A DNA stretch of 64,000 nucleotides from positions 1 to 64,000 of the forward strand of contig NW_014569530.1 of assembly GCF_000743755.1 (NCBI RefSeq). Reading direction: 5' to 3'. Positions within the stretch are counted from its first letter, which is position 1. Every line of letters starts with the position of its first letter. The stretch comes from Blastocystis sp. subtype 4 (lineage: Eukaryota). Under the pieces are notes generated by a model. It was not told where the DNA came from and made no database searches. It saw nothing but the letters and a program-made list of their open reading frames with translations. Position numbers and translations under genes: made by a program. Positions 48,201-60,564 of this stretch are shown here, piece by piece.

Positions 48201-51200
48201 ACACAATACCACAATCTCACAATTCGAATGTCAAATGGGACCGTATTAACTGAATCGATTCATGGGGAATGTGATAGTCGTTCAGTTTCACTTGCCGAGT
48301 ATATTTGGATGAGGGCCAACGAAGTAACTACCTTCTATCTTCTAATCGTATCAAATGAACATATTCCCTGCCAATTTTCTGTATTTCCCGCAGTTTTACA
48401 ACTCCATAGCACGCATCAATCACTATTCTGTTCATTATCATTCAATCCAATCACTCTTCAGGAAAAGGAGTATAATTATCAATGTTCACTGGACATCCAA
48501 CCTGATGAGTATTCTCTCTCACTTCAGATTCATGGGAGATGGATATTAGAGCCTGTGACTATAATGATTGGTACTCCTCTTCCTTTCCCACATGGTAAGG
48601 CTGATTGATAATTGTTCCGTAAAGATTCTCTGCAAGTATCAGGAGAAGGTCTTTCAGGAGGTTTGTTTGGTGAGTGGTTGGAGTTTCAAATTCTGAATGC
48701 GAATGTTTCAAATATTCAGTTTACACTATGGTCAACCACAACGAATTATGATGGCATGTTGAGATACAATAGGGAGATGACCTTTAGAGAAGTTATCACT
48801 GAACATAATGAGGATGGAATGACTATTCAGTATAAAGTTGAGCCAGTGATGAGTATGCAAATGTATGAAGGAAGAATTCTTCTCAATTTGGTCATTATGA
48901 ATCGTACAAGAATACTTAGTATTGGACCAATTGAGATAATTGAGAATGAACGTCGTTGCACTCGATTTCAGACACTTGATGGATTTACTGAGTTTGAGAA
49001 TAATACTCTTGGTCTTGGAATTCAATTACTACAAGAGGTCACAATTAAAGATAGAACATTTCTCTATCCTTGTCAGTTACAACATAATCCCATTATTACA
49101 GTTCAAGCGATTAGTGATCATTCTATTGAATACTATCCTATAAGCTATCCTCTCTCTTCTTCCTACTATCTCTATCATATCCCATCGATTCATGCAGGTA
49201 GTTACAATCTTCGTCTCTTTCTCAATGGGACCTTCCTCACAACTCTTCACTGCACAGTCCGATCCTCCTTACATATGTCAACAATCACTCAACTCTCCCC
49301 TCAGTGGTACGTGAATGAGGAAGCAATCGTTCGTTTCACCGTTCTGGATAGTAACTGTCAACCATTTACAGATATCACTTCTACAGAGGTTCAAATCTTG
49401 GTATTAAATGAAGGCACTCCTTTGGATTTCATGCATTCATTCTATCAAGATCAGATGGAGATTCGATTCATTCCAGATCAATGTTCAAAGAATAGCACTT
49501 TTATCATGATTTGTATTGATGATTGCTTAACACAATCATTGAATGTTGGTACTCAAGGTCTTTCCCATGCGTAGACATGAATGTAATGATTAACAATAGA
49601 TCACTTGTGACAGAACAACAAGGAGACTCTGATGGATTCTACTCTCCTCGTATGCTAACAGAGTATTGGTTTCTGATTCAGTTTCCAGAATGTGAAGTCA
49701 TTGAGAATCGATTACGTACGAATGATGGTAAGGATTGATCATAGTGAATGTCACAGTGACATATATTGCTGACAGAGAGTATACATTTGTCATGGTGAGA
49801 TCTGGAAAGGATTCTTATTTCTAGAATGATACTTGGATTCAAGAACTCTCTCCAATTACATACCGAGTCCGTCTTCCTGTACTGTGCAATACTTCATCCT
49901 TCTGTCCCACTCAAGATCGGTTCACATTAATCATAACTGTCAATTCAGATGTATTTGAATATGAAGGTCATATCAACTGTCACTCAGATCAGGATATTGA
50001 ATCGTTCTCAATGCTGTACTCTGGTAATGCTGTTGGTGAAGTCATGTATCTCGAGATCAAAGTATGGGGACCCCAACAACATGTCTGTGAATCATCTCAC
50101 GGAAATCTACTCATAACCTATCAAATGCCTTCTGGTAAGGTAGAGACTCTGGATATGATTCGAGATCTCAGTGAAACGAATGTCTTTTTGTAAGGTCTCT
50201 CAAATGTAATGAGTTTTAGCTCACGACTACTAATCCTGGAGAAGGGAGATTATCGTTTCTATCATTCGGCTATGTCATTCAGTATACCAATGAGAGTGTA
50301 TATCCCATCACGAACTAAGTCATCCTTCTATTGTAATGATTCAGTTCTATTCTAATATACAGTGACTGATAGCGAAGGGAATCTAGTTGATTATGTAAAT
50401 AAAGAGGTTCAATTGGAATCTACAGGGATCTTATATGTGCATGTTCAGTTATTTGACACTTATAATTATCAAGTATGTCAATGAAAAAAATGAAATTGTA
50501 GGTGGATGCAGGAGAAGTGATGAATGGTTTGAGACTCACTGTCATTGGCTATTCTATTGACGGGCCTGTTCAATTACTCTGTTTCTCTCATTTCTAGACT
50601 GTTTTCTTTAAATTGACTCCTACTCTAAATGGTTCTCTGCCAGTTTTCACATATATCCCATTTTCTTCAGGTCTCTTCTATCTCTACATCAACTATCCTG
50701 ATAAATACGCTGATCAGAGTGGTCGTGACGATCATAGCTTCGTTGCTATTGAAAACTACTGTATGGTGAATGTGGATTCGCACACATTTCGGTTGGATGG
50801 AGAGAATGACTATAATATGGAATGTGAGTCCAGGAAGTATTGTGTGTTTTCTGAGTCCTGTGTTGATTCGTGGGAAGATTGTCCTGGGGCATGTCATGCA
50901 GATGCTCCAATTAAATGTGCAGATGGTTCATGTGTCACAGATATCAAGAATTGTCCATGTCCTTCGCAACTTCCATATGCCTGTATGTTTGTTCTCTGAT
51001 GTGACAGATAGGTTATGATCTGTGGGGTGTTGATAAAAAGTATTATCAAGAACCCATGTGTTATGTGTCTGCTTCCCTATGTCAGTATGCTCAGAGATGT
51101 CCTCCGCATGCTCCTTATCAATGTGCTGACTACACATGTCAGACTTCATTGGATTTGTGCAGTAATGTGATTCTATGTCCACCAAGTATGTTTGATGTTC

Positions 51201-54200
51201 AGTGATCTCATCTAGCCCATGTCAAGATTCGGAATCACTGTGTCTGGAACATCACAGATTACATTATCAAGAATTCAAACACTATCTATACTGTTGGGGG
51301 GAATCTCACATTGTGCCCTGATTTCCTTCATAGGGTGGTCAACCCTGAAGATTGCCCAAGTACCATTTCATGTTCTCCTGGATATATACTGTGTGATGAT
51401 AATACATGCCGACCCAGTAGCATTGGCTGTCCCATCACCAAGGTGTGTGATCAACTTACATGTCCCAATGGCATGTGTGTGAATGATTACTCGAAGTGTC
51501 CTTCCAATATTGTATGTGGTAAGGGAATGCGACTGTGTAGTGATCATCAATGTCACAGTCGTGAAGAGGTATGTCCTTCCTATCCAGATTATGTGAATTG
51601 GCTATCACTAGAAGCAGGCAAGAAGATCTGTCGAGGTGAAGGAATTGTCGAAGTGAATCAGTTCTGTCCAAACCATGTAGGCAAGAAGAAGAATCTTTTA
51701 GTTAGATTATCTGTCCCTTGAATCAAGTGAAGTGTCCTGATAATACATGTCGTCCTTCATTAGCTGAGTGTCCTCAAGCGTTATTGTGTCCTTCAGACAT
51801 GGTACTTTGTTCTCTTGTTAAATCACATCTAGGTGGCTTGTCCTTCTGGAGGCTGTGTCACAGATATCATTCTTTGTCCTTTACTGCCAGCCTGTCCATC
51901 ATCGGCTCCGATTCTCTGTCCTGGTGGTCATTGTGTGTCGTCTGTTGATCAATGTCCTGATCTTCCTCCATGTCCGTCCTATGCTCCCTTCCGATGTCCC
52001 ATGGGAAATTGCGCAGAACGATCCACAATTTGTGTCCCCCAACCGAAATGCCCCAAATCCCTTCCTTATACCTGTAGTGATGGAAGTTGTGCTGAGGCAG
52101 TGGATCTCTGTCCATCTCTGACTCCTTGTCCACAAGGTATGTACATGTGTCACAATGGTCAATGTGTGACTAGTGGTAATCTATGTCCTATGCCCGTATC
52201 CTGTCCAGAGTATTCTGTTCGATGTTTGGATGGTAGTTGTCGTAGTACCAAAAACATTACTCTTCAGCGACAAACCCTCTTTGGCTCAGCACCTGACTAT
52301 GAGTACTGTGTAGCCAGAAAGATTCAGGACAATCAGGTACAGGACTAATGTACTTCTAATTCACAGGTATCTCCTTGTCAGTGTGCTAATTCTGACTACT
52401 ACTACTGTGGAGACACATGCTCATTGAATTGTCCTCTCTGGCTTCTTCATTATCAGACTTGCATCGAGGGTTACCAGCAGAGTCTTACTGCAGACTGTGA
52501 GAATGAATATGAATTCTATCCTTGCCCCGCAACTCTGCTAAATGAAATTCAGTTTGTTAAAACATTCCGAATGTGTCCTACAAGTCGACCTATTCTCTGT
52601 CCGAGCGGTTCCTGTGTGAAACATGCGAAGGATTGTCAATTGGAGAGTGAGTGTGGTTATGGCCAAGTTCAGTGTTCTGACGGTACTTGTGCTGATTCAT
52701 TGAGTGTGTGCGGAACCCAAGTTACATGTCCAGCCTCACGCCCATTCTTGTGTGAAGACCTGAGTTGTAGAGCCAATGAAATGGATTGTATCACATTGGA
52801 GCAGTGTCCTGAAGAAACTCCCTTCCGTTGTCCTGATACAAGTTGTGTGAGTGAACGATCGGAATGCCGTACAGGCCGTCACTGTGATAGTGAAACGCCG
52901 ATTCTCTGTGATGATGGAGAGTGTTACCCAGATACGGAGGATGTGTGTGAACACGTCACGATTGAAGATTGTCCTCAAGGACGTGTTCGTTGTTGGGATA
53001 ACACTTGTCGTGTATCAGAGTCTTTGTGCCCAGAACGTTCATGTCCTCCTTCTCTTCCTTACATGTGTCAAAATGGTAGGTGTGTGAGTGAGGAATCGAA
53101 TTGTCCTGCTATCTGTGAAGATACAACTCTGTGTCTTCTCCCTCCTCAATTGGGTGTTGATGTTCCTTCGTACATTGTACGTTGTTGTGATGGATTGAGT
53201 CGTGATGAATGTTGTGGTTTCCCTCAGACAAATGAACATTGTCCTTCTGGTCAAATTCGTTGTGGTGATGGAGTCTGCAGAGAGCTAGGTCATTGCGTGA
53301 ATGGTGATAATTGTCCTCCTGATTACCCCTATCGCTGCAGTGACAACGAATGTGTTTCGGATCCTGTGGCGTGTATGACCAAAACTGAGTGTGGAGATGG
53401 ATGGTTACGATGTCCTTCTGGGAGATGTGTACCCTCTTATGGGGATTGTAAGCTATCATTGAATCGATATGGATTCTGTGACTCTGATAAACCTGTGGTT
53501 TGTGCTGATGGTACTTGTGCGAAGACTTTGAAAGAGGTAGGAAGAAAAGAGCTGAATGACCAACTAGTGTGATGTAGTTGGACGTTGTCCAGAGTTACTT
53601 CCTTATCGTTGTGATGATAATGCCTGTGTGCCTTCAGCAGATTTGTGTAGTAATCGAAATACGTGTGTGAATGATAATGAACATCGTTGTAGATATGGAC
53701 GAAACATAGGAATGTGTTATGATAATGATGATTGTGCTGATGACAGTACTTGTCCAAAGGATACTCCTGTTTTGTATTGTTGTATGTTGAAGAATGATTG
53801 ATAGATGTCCAAATGGTGAATGTGTAAATTTCATTTCTCAATGTCGATTACAGAAATACCTTTGTGATGATGGTTAACAATGAGATGTCTTCTGAAATCT
53901 AGAGAAACCAATTCGGTGTTGGAACAATGAATGTGTTGCTTCTTTGAATGAATGTCCAATGACAACGGGTTGTCCTTCAGATACTCCTTATCGCTGTATC
54001 ACAGGAGAATGTGTTCAAGTATTTCTTTGTATTTCATCATCATTCAGAATCCATCACAATGTATCTCTCATGTCTGTAATGACTCTTCCCTTCTCTGTTC
54101 TAACGGGTTCTGTACTTCATCTCTGGATCAGTGCTTCACAACACGGTTGTGCCGATTTTCAGAACCTCAACGTTGTCGTAGTGGTGATTGTCGAGCTCAT

Positions 54201-55965
54201 AATGTCCATACAAGTCTATCACTCTGTCCGTAAGTATCCTCGTTCACTTTCATTGGAAGGATTTCCTTATTCTGCCCCTCGTTCACTCCCTATTTATGTT
54301 CAGATCTCTCTTGTGCAGTTCATCCTTTCTATTGTCCAATGGCTCTGGACTGTCCTGAAGGATACTCACTCTGTCGTGATGGCACCTGTACTTCAGGTTC
54401 TTGTCTATATATGGATACTTGTCCACCTTCACGACCTGTCCGATGTAAGGATGGGTCGTGTGTGCTGTCGCCTGAGGATTGCGAGCAGGATCGGGAATGT
54501 TTGTTAGAGAATGAATGTGGGAATTGAGGAGTGGTATGAAAATCAGATCAGTGCTTTGATGGATCATGTGTGCATCGATTCGAAGACTGTCCCTCGATGG
54601 AATGTGACATTCCACTTATCAAGTGCTGGACAGGAGAATGTCTTATGGCAAATGCTTGTCCACCTCTGCCTTCATGTCCGTCAACAGCTCCTGTTCGCTG
54701 TGTTGATGGTCGGTGTGTGAAATCAGCTACTGTCTGTTCAACAACATCACTGCCTTCTTGTCCTCTTGGCACTTATCTTTGTCCCACAGGTACTTGTCAA
54801 AGAGAGTGTCCCGCTGTATCAGGATGCTCAGTGAATGAAGCGATGTGTGCTAATGGAGAGTGTGTGCCTCTTCTTGATTCAGATCTCACAGGGTTGACCA
54901 ATTATACAGATCGATGCTTCTCTTCTACACGTGCTGGAAGTAAGTTAACTCTGTTTGGATTGTCTGTAGATGGAATTAGTGGTTCTATTGAGACATTAGA
55001 TGAGATCATATCACTGACAATCTCTCCATTTTTTGATCATGAATTCACTATGATTGTGAAGGAACGAAAAACCCGATTGCGAGTGGACGTACCATCAGGA
55101 TTACTATTGAGTTGAGAAATTGAGAGAAATTGAGATGTAGAAGAAGAAGAAAGTCTGTTAGATTTGGTTCCATTCAGTAGGAGTGAATTGAAAGAAACGA
55201 TCAGAGGATTAACTTATTCTGTTTCTGAGATGTTCATTTTCTCAGCTTTTTCTGTCAAGATTCGAATTCCATCAGTTTTGACAGTTTCAGATCCTGTCAC
55301 ATATCTGGATCGTGTCTTTTTGATTCCCCTCACGGTTATGTTCAGTGGAGAAGACACAAATATAACTGTGAGTGAATGGTGTTTGGGTCAGTATTCTGAT
55401 GGAAGCTGGAGTTGTGTTAGTGAGATTCAGCTATCTAGTAATGGAGAGTATGTGAGTACAGTACCAAGTACAGGAAGTTATGCAGTAATGTATCGAATTC
55501 CCGTAGAAGTGAAGTCTGAGATTAGTGCATATCAGCGAAGTCAGGTAAAGATGAGGTAATGAATGAGACGTAGTTGATAGCTACTTTGTTGGTTATTATA
55601 GTGTATTGTGTGATCCTGATTCCTATGGTCTATTGCTTCTGGAGACTGTCTCGATACAAGCGGAAACTGTTAATGGCAAAGAAGATGCTTCAAACGAATG
55701 TGAGTGAGGATCAAGTGACTAAGGATTAGAGAGAGCTGACTCAGCAACAAGTACGGTGGTTCTCAAATCCAATGGCTATGAAACAGTTTGTATATTTCTT
55801 TGCAGGAGACGAAAACAAGGGAAGGAAGGAACAACAGTTGATTCGGAAACAAGAAGAAGAGATTCAACAATTAGAAGAAGAGATTCAACAAGCTCGAGTA
55901 ATGAAAGGGGGTATTGATGATGGATAGATGTATCTTGCAGCACATAGAATGAAAGATGATAGTTA
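45275..55965 (+). CDS. Giant type-I surface protein: signal peptide, fibro-slime/PA14-like domain, filamin/Ig-like region, long Cys-rich repeat array, TM, coiled tail
   Basis: MTWYRPFVVEILLLFAACCS-LTVTFRDF...HEDF; SDSDVFVYLDDMLLLELSG; SLQVSGEGL; many CPxxxPxxCxDGxC units from about 50800-54900; TM near 55570-55640; dozens of ~30-nt introns; could be more than one gene. Confidence 0.75.
50800..54900 (+). repeat. Coding array of degenerate Cys-rich repeats (CPxxxPxxCxDG[ST]C)
   Basis: Examples: CPSSAPILCPGGHC, CPKSLPYTCSDGSC, CPEETPFRCPDTSC, CPSTAPVRCVDGRC. Confidence 0.9.
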
Positions 55966-55969
55966 TCAC

Positions 55970-55984
55970 TGTTTGTAACAAACA
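55970..55984. terminator. Overlapping inverted 3'-end elements of the giant surface gene and the scramblase
   Basis: TGTTTGT-A-ACAAACA; each side is 4 nt from an in-frame TA. Confidence 0.8.
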
Positions 55985-55988
55985 AATA

Positions 55989-57057
55989 TAGTCATCAAAG
56001 TCAAACGAGGACGAAGATGATGATGAATCATTGTTTTTGTGTTGCTCAAAGTACATGATATTGATCAAAAGAGTGGCAGCTAACAAAAGGATACGCTCAT
56101 GAAGCGTAGAATCAGGAGGGAATGTGACTGTGAATGTATCAGCATTGGTAAACTACACATCACAATGTTCTATTTCTCTCACCAGTGAACGTGCCCAAGT
56201 ATCCCACTTTCGCTTAATTGTTCCTGTAGTCCCTGTACGATGATTCGTAACGTTATAGACAATCTCATTGCAAGGACTCATAGGCAAGAAACAGAACTCA
56301 CCAGGCTGACAGCAAGAGCCTTGAATGGACATACATTCCACCTCCTTATCATCAGTGATGGAAAAGTTGTGGTCGCAACAATTGAAAATATTCTTCACAC
56401 GACCACAAGACTGTTCGTTTGCATCGAGAATGTGAATCTCTGGTGTGTTCAAGCAGAAGACTATTCATGAGGAGGATTCGAAACAACTACATTGACAGGT
56501 GAAAGGACGATGCATCTTCACCAACAGGTTATTGTCAGGTCCAAACAGATTCATCGTAAACTCACGGTTATTTCCCCACATCGCTCGACTGCAGCAATCC
56601 GAGTCTTCTATAGCCTAGAGTCGAGATAGGAAAGAGTTGGTACATTCATGAAAGGAGTTTGGTTCATTGGAATCTCATCATCCTCACTGTTGACCAGGAA
56701 GATGGCAAACTGTTTGTTGGAGTCAATGTCCGTAAAGATTTGCCAGAAATCGACATTCTCGATCACACGCACCGCAGGGACTAGAAATTACTTTTGAGGA
56801 ACTCTCCAACACTTCATAAGGTAATCTAAATGGGACGTCACTTGGGGTTGCATCGGAGGAGGTGCTATCTGTTGCATAGGAGCAGGTACCACCTGTTGAA
56901 TAGGAGCCGAGGCTACAGGTTGAACAGGAACGGACATTGGGGCAGCAACGGGCATAGCCATGGGCACAGCAGTCTGAGAGGTATAGGTTGTTTCCATGTT
57001 GCTCATCAGGGGAGCACTCACGCCTGAAGTTTGGTCAACGTTATAGACGAGATTCAT
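55989..57057 (-). CDS. Phospholipid scramblase (PLSCR family); stop probably completed by poly(A)
   Basis: Pro/Gln-rich N-terminus; IEDSDCCSRA, MHRPF, GTIKRKW, FTVTFPPD...ERILLLAATLLINIMYFE. Confidence 0.9.
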
Positions 57058-57192
57058 AGTATAGAAAAGAAATAACTCTCAATGGCATGCCATGGAACCG
57101 AATACTCAATTAGAGAATAGACTGGATTTTGGGAATTCCTATTGACCTTATCAATCTTCGTAAAACCAAAGTGTTGCAGTTTAGAATACGAT

Positions 57193-57992
57193 ATGAGGGT
57201 TCTTTTAGTTTCTTTATTGCTTTGTTGTGTTTTCTGCTATCCAGTTGCAAGTAGTCATTTCTGTACGTGAATTATTTGGTAGCTTGTGGGGATTATGATA
57301 TGCCACCAGATGACTGTTATGCTTTCGCGTGCAATGAAGCAACAAACGATACTTGTCTGAATCTGCCGACTTCTTCTCTTCCTCCGTACTTTACGAGTAC
57401 TGATTCATCACTTGCTTCACATGTAGCTTTCAGAGCATCTATTGCTTTTATGGAAAATTACGAGTTTCGTTTAAGGGTTGTCATCTATGCGTACTATAGC
57501 TGTATGATGCCTATTTTTAATATAGATGCCTAGTAGAAGTGATTATTATGTTTTATTAATAGTGTTTACAAGCCCTTACTTCGTAATTCTACTGTATATA
57601 CAAATGGAACCTATATTGATTCTGAATTCCGCATTCTCAATATGACACCGCTTCGTGATGATCTAGAATACAACCTGGATTTAGACTGTAAAATCAAGCT
57701 ATCTGAAAACGAAACATTTGAAGTTCTCAACATGGATCCAGAAAAGCAGATGTGTATGGTAGATGTGAATGGAGCTCCGGTTGATTTATTTGGGATTATC
57801 CGTCAATTGATTGGCTATATATCTCCTTCCCTTGATGTGATGTGGATTGGTTCTAGTGGAAGTGATGGTTGATGTATAGATGAAGATAATATTACTTTAT
57901 CGAATGAGAGCCTGGATCTTTTATCATCAAGATTTCCAACGAGTTTGAATATGACTCGAATTGCTGATACAGGCTGTTCATCAGTGTGGTGA
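57193..57992 (+). CDS. Uncharacterised secreted protein
   Basis: Signal peptide MRVLLVSLLLCCVFC; multi-exon; several Cys and N-x-S/T sequons. Confidence 0.55.
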
Positions 57993-58145
57993 AGTGCAAC
58001 ACAGTTTCGTGTGAGTTTTTCTACGAGATTGTTATTTTGAGTATGAAATCACTGTGATGTATGAATTATGTGACCTATTTCTTGTTTGTTGTTTCCCTGT
58101 TTCTCCATTTCTTTTAGTCATTGTCTCTTTTTCTAGAGTTGGTTA

Positions 58146-59235
58146 ATGGTTGTTATAACTGACAGCCTACATAAGTTAGCCAGACTCAACTATTTTAAAC
58201 ATTCTCCCGATGTAGTTGTTGTAGGAGGTAGATGTGAAAAAAGAAAATTATGAAAAGGAAATGGCTTTGTTGGGAGATGTATCTGTAAAATAGCTGCACA
58301 AAGTGGGCTAGTTCCTGTGAGCATTTCGGTTGACCCTTGTCCTCCTGTGTATAGTGAGGAAGATAAGCACAACTATGACTGGGTTACACGTGTAATTACT
58401 TTCTATTTCTATGACATAGACACATTGGCGAGAAGGAGATGCAACAAAACCATCTACTTGGGACCCACATATTGTAGATGCTGGTTGCACGGTATTGGTA
58501 GAGAGAGGATGTGATTGTAGGCAATGGTATATACAACCAAACCTGTTTATCGTAGTAAGCAGCGGTTATGGGAATGCAATTTTGAGGGAGCCCTTCAGAG
58601 TATTGAGATGGCGCGTGTATGGATGTGATTTGAATTTCAACTAGAAAATGCATGCTAATCGATTTGTGTACATTTCGACGAACTTTATGCCTCCTCTTGC
58701 TACTCAGGCCGAGCGTGAGACGAAGAAACGAGCGGAAGAGGCGTTGATGGAGTATAGCAAAGTTGGATTGGATGAGAGTGGTGATTAGTAGATGTCTTTG
58801 TCAACAGATTCACCAATTGGACTGAGTATCCTAAAACCAGGATGGATTTATGGAGGTGATCGCATTTCTAGTTCTGTAATTGGATTACTATGTCATTTTC
58901 TCTTTGATTGGGACTGTAAGAAACAGGCAGGAATAGGACATGAGTTTGACAATTAGCCGCCACGTAATGTGAGTTCGATCAGTGTCCAGACTCTGGCAAT
59001 GGCAGCTATCTGTCAAGCACTTGACCCAGGCCTTTCGTAACATAGCAATAACTGTATTATTCCTAGAAATACTCTCAAACTCTATAATCATCAGATGCAG
59101 ATTTACAATGATCCAAAAGCTCGACATTGGTTGGAAAATATGGCAGAATGTATGGTAAGAATCTTCCTGGGGTGTAAAGAATAGTACAATCGTAAACACG
59201 CCTCTTGTACAGCCTATGATTATGAAGCATTCTAA
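58146..59235 (+). CDS. Atypical SDR / NAD(P)-binding Rossmann protein, Coq11-like
   Basis: Spliced VVVVG-GNGFVGRCICKIA...DWVTRTHWREGD...KKRAEEAL...ILKPGWIYG. Confidence 0.72.
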
Positions 59236-59289
59236 TTCGCGCAATTCTTTTTGAAATCTGTTTGCTAACGATCCAACACTTTTATCACA

Positions 59290-60390
59290 CTAAGCGGATT
59301 CAACTTTATCTACAGTCGGTCTTTCTTGAGACGTAGTTGGTGAAGCACTTCGTTCACGTCGATGGTGATGACTTCTGTGGCTACGATCTCGACTATCACT
59401 ACGACTACGACTGCTGCTGCTACGACTGCTGCTACGACTACGACTGCTACTACGACTAGGACTTCGATCCCGACGACTGCGATGTCTTCGGTGCTCGCGA
59501 CTGTCACTCCGACTATAGCTGCGACGATGATGTCGCTCATAACTGCGGCTCCGACTGCGGCGACTACGATAACGACTACGACTTGGACTACGGCTGGGAC
59601 TGCGATCCGAATCGTCTTCAGGTACATTCACACGTGGAGGAGGAGGATTGCGACGACCATCTCCTCGTGGTCCCATATCTCGTTCTCTCTCTTCACGAGT
59701 GTATCCCCATCTAGCAATGAGTCTAGAAATACTCACTTACCGTCCTTGAGGGAAACAACGATAGAACACCGCTTGAGAAGGGGTCATCAAATGCATGAAG
59801 TTACAATAACCACCACGCGTGCATTGACCTTCTTCATGTTGACGGCATCTACAGATAAGAAGAATGAAGGATAATAACCGTGCTTCACGGAAATCTGTGA
59901 CAGGAGAATACTCCACTGCCAGCGGTCTTCCTGCATAGTAACGACCTGACAAACCTTTGAGGGCTTTCTCAGCGTCTTCTTCATCCTCAAACTTGACATA
60001 CACATTGCCCAACATATGGTCGCAGATATTGTCGCACACATGAAGTTCTTCAATTTTGCCATAAGAAGAAGACAACTCATCGTACACTTCTTCATAGAAT
60101 TCATCAAATTGCTTCTGCTATCCATAAAACGAACCACAAACAAGTACAATCATATCAGGAGTCGTTGCATTACTCGATCCTAGAGGTGCAACCTTCGGAT
60201 TGTGGTACATCTGTTTAATCAGGATTGTCTGACTAAATGTCGGTCTGTTGTGCTTTCGGGTGCAGCGATCTCCGTGCCTGCATGCTCCGATCTTGAAATA
60301 GAACGGACAGTTTACACTAACGTTAAAAAACTCCAGATATAATTACCGATCCTCTTCCGTTCCATAGACACGTACTAAGTGATCAGCCAT
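59290..60390 (-). CDS. U2AF1: Splicing factor U2AF small subunit (U2AF35)
   Basis: [61 protein letters not shown], RS domain. Confidence 0.97.
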
Positions 60391-60564
60391 AAAATATACA
60401 AATTCAAAGACTGAACAAATCAAATTTGGTCGAAGAGACGCTTTTCATCGTTATCCGAGTGCTTCGAGAATTCCATGAAATAACCGTTTTCGCGCCTTAG
60501 GTGAATGCTTTCACAACCTTGTTCTTTTCGTTCACAGATCTGTAACTGACGTTTGATTACCGTT

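Noticed and set aside
54230..54285. GTATCCT plus TTCCTTAT resembling a U12 intron
   Set aside because: A 30-nt GTAAGT...AG intron restores the Cys repeat, and the branch-like sequence is exon (ISLFC)
56086..56094. Perfect U12 donor GTATCCTTT on the minus strand
   Set aside because: Lies in conserved scramblase coding sequence (ERILLL) with no branch point or frame break
59310..59874. Thr/Ala-rich and Val-rich ORFs resembling a mucin or membrane protein
   Set aside because: Antisense and alternative frames of the U2AF35 RS domain
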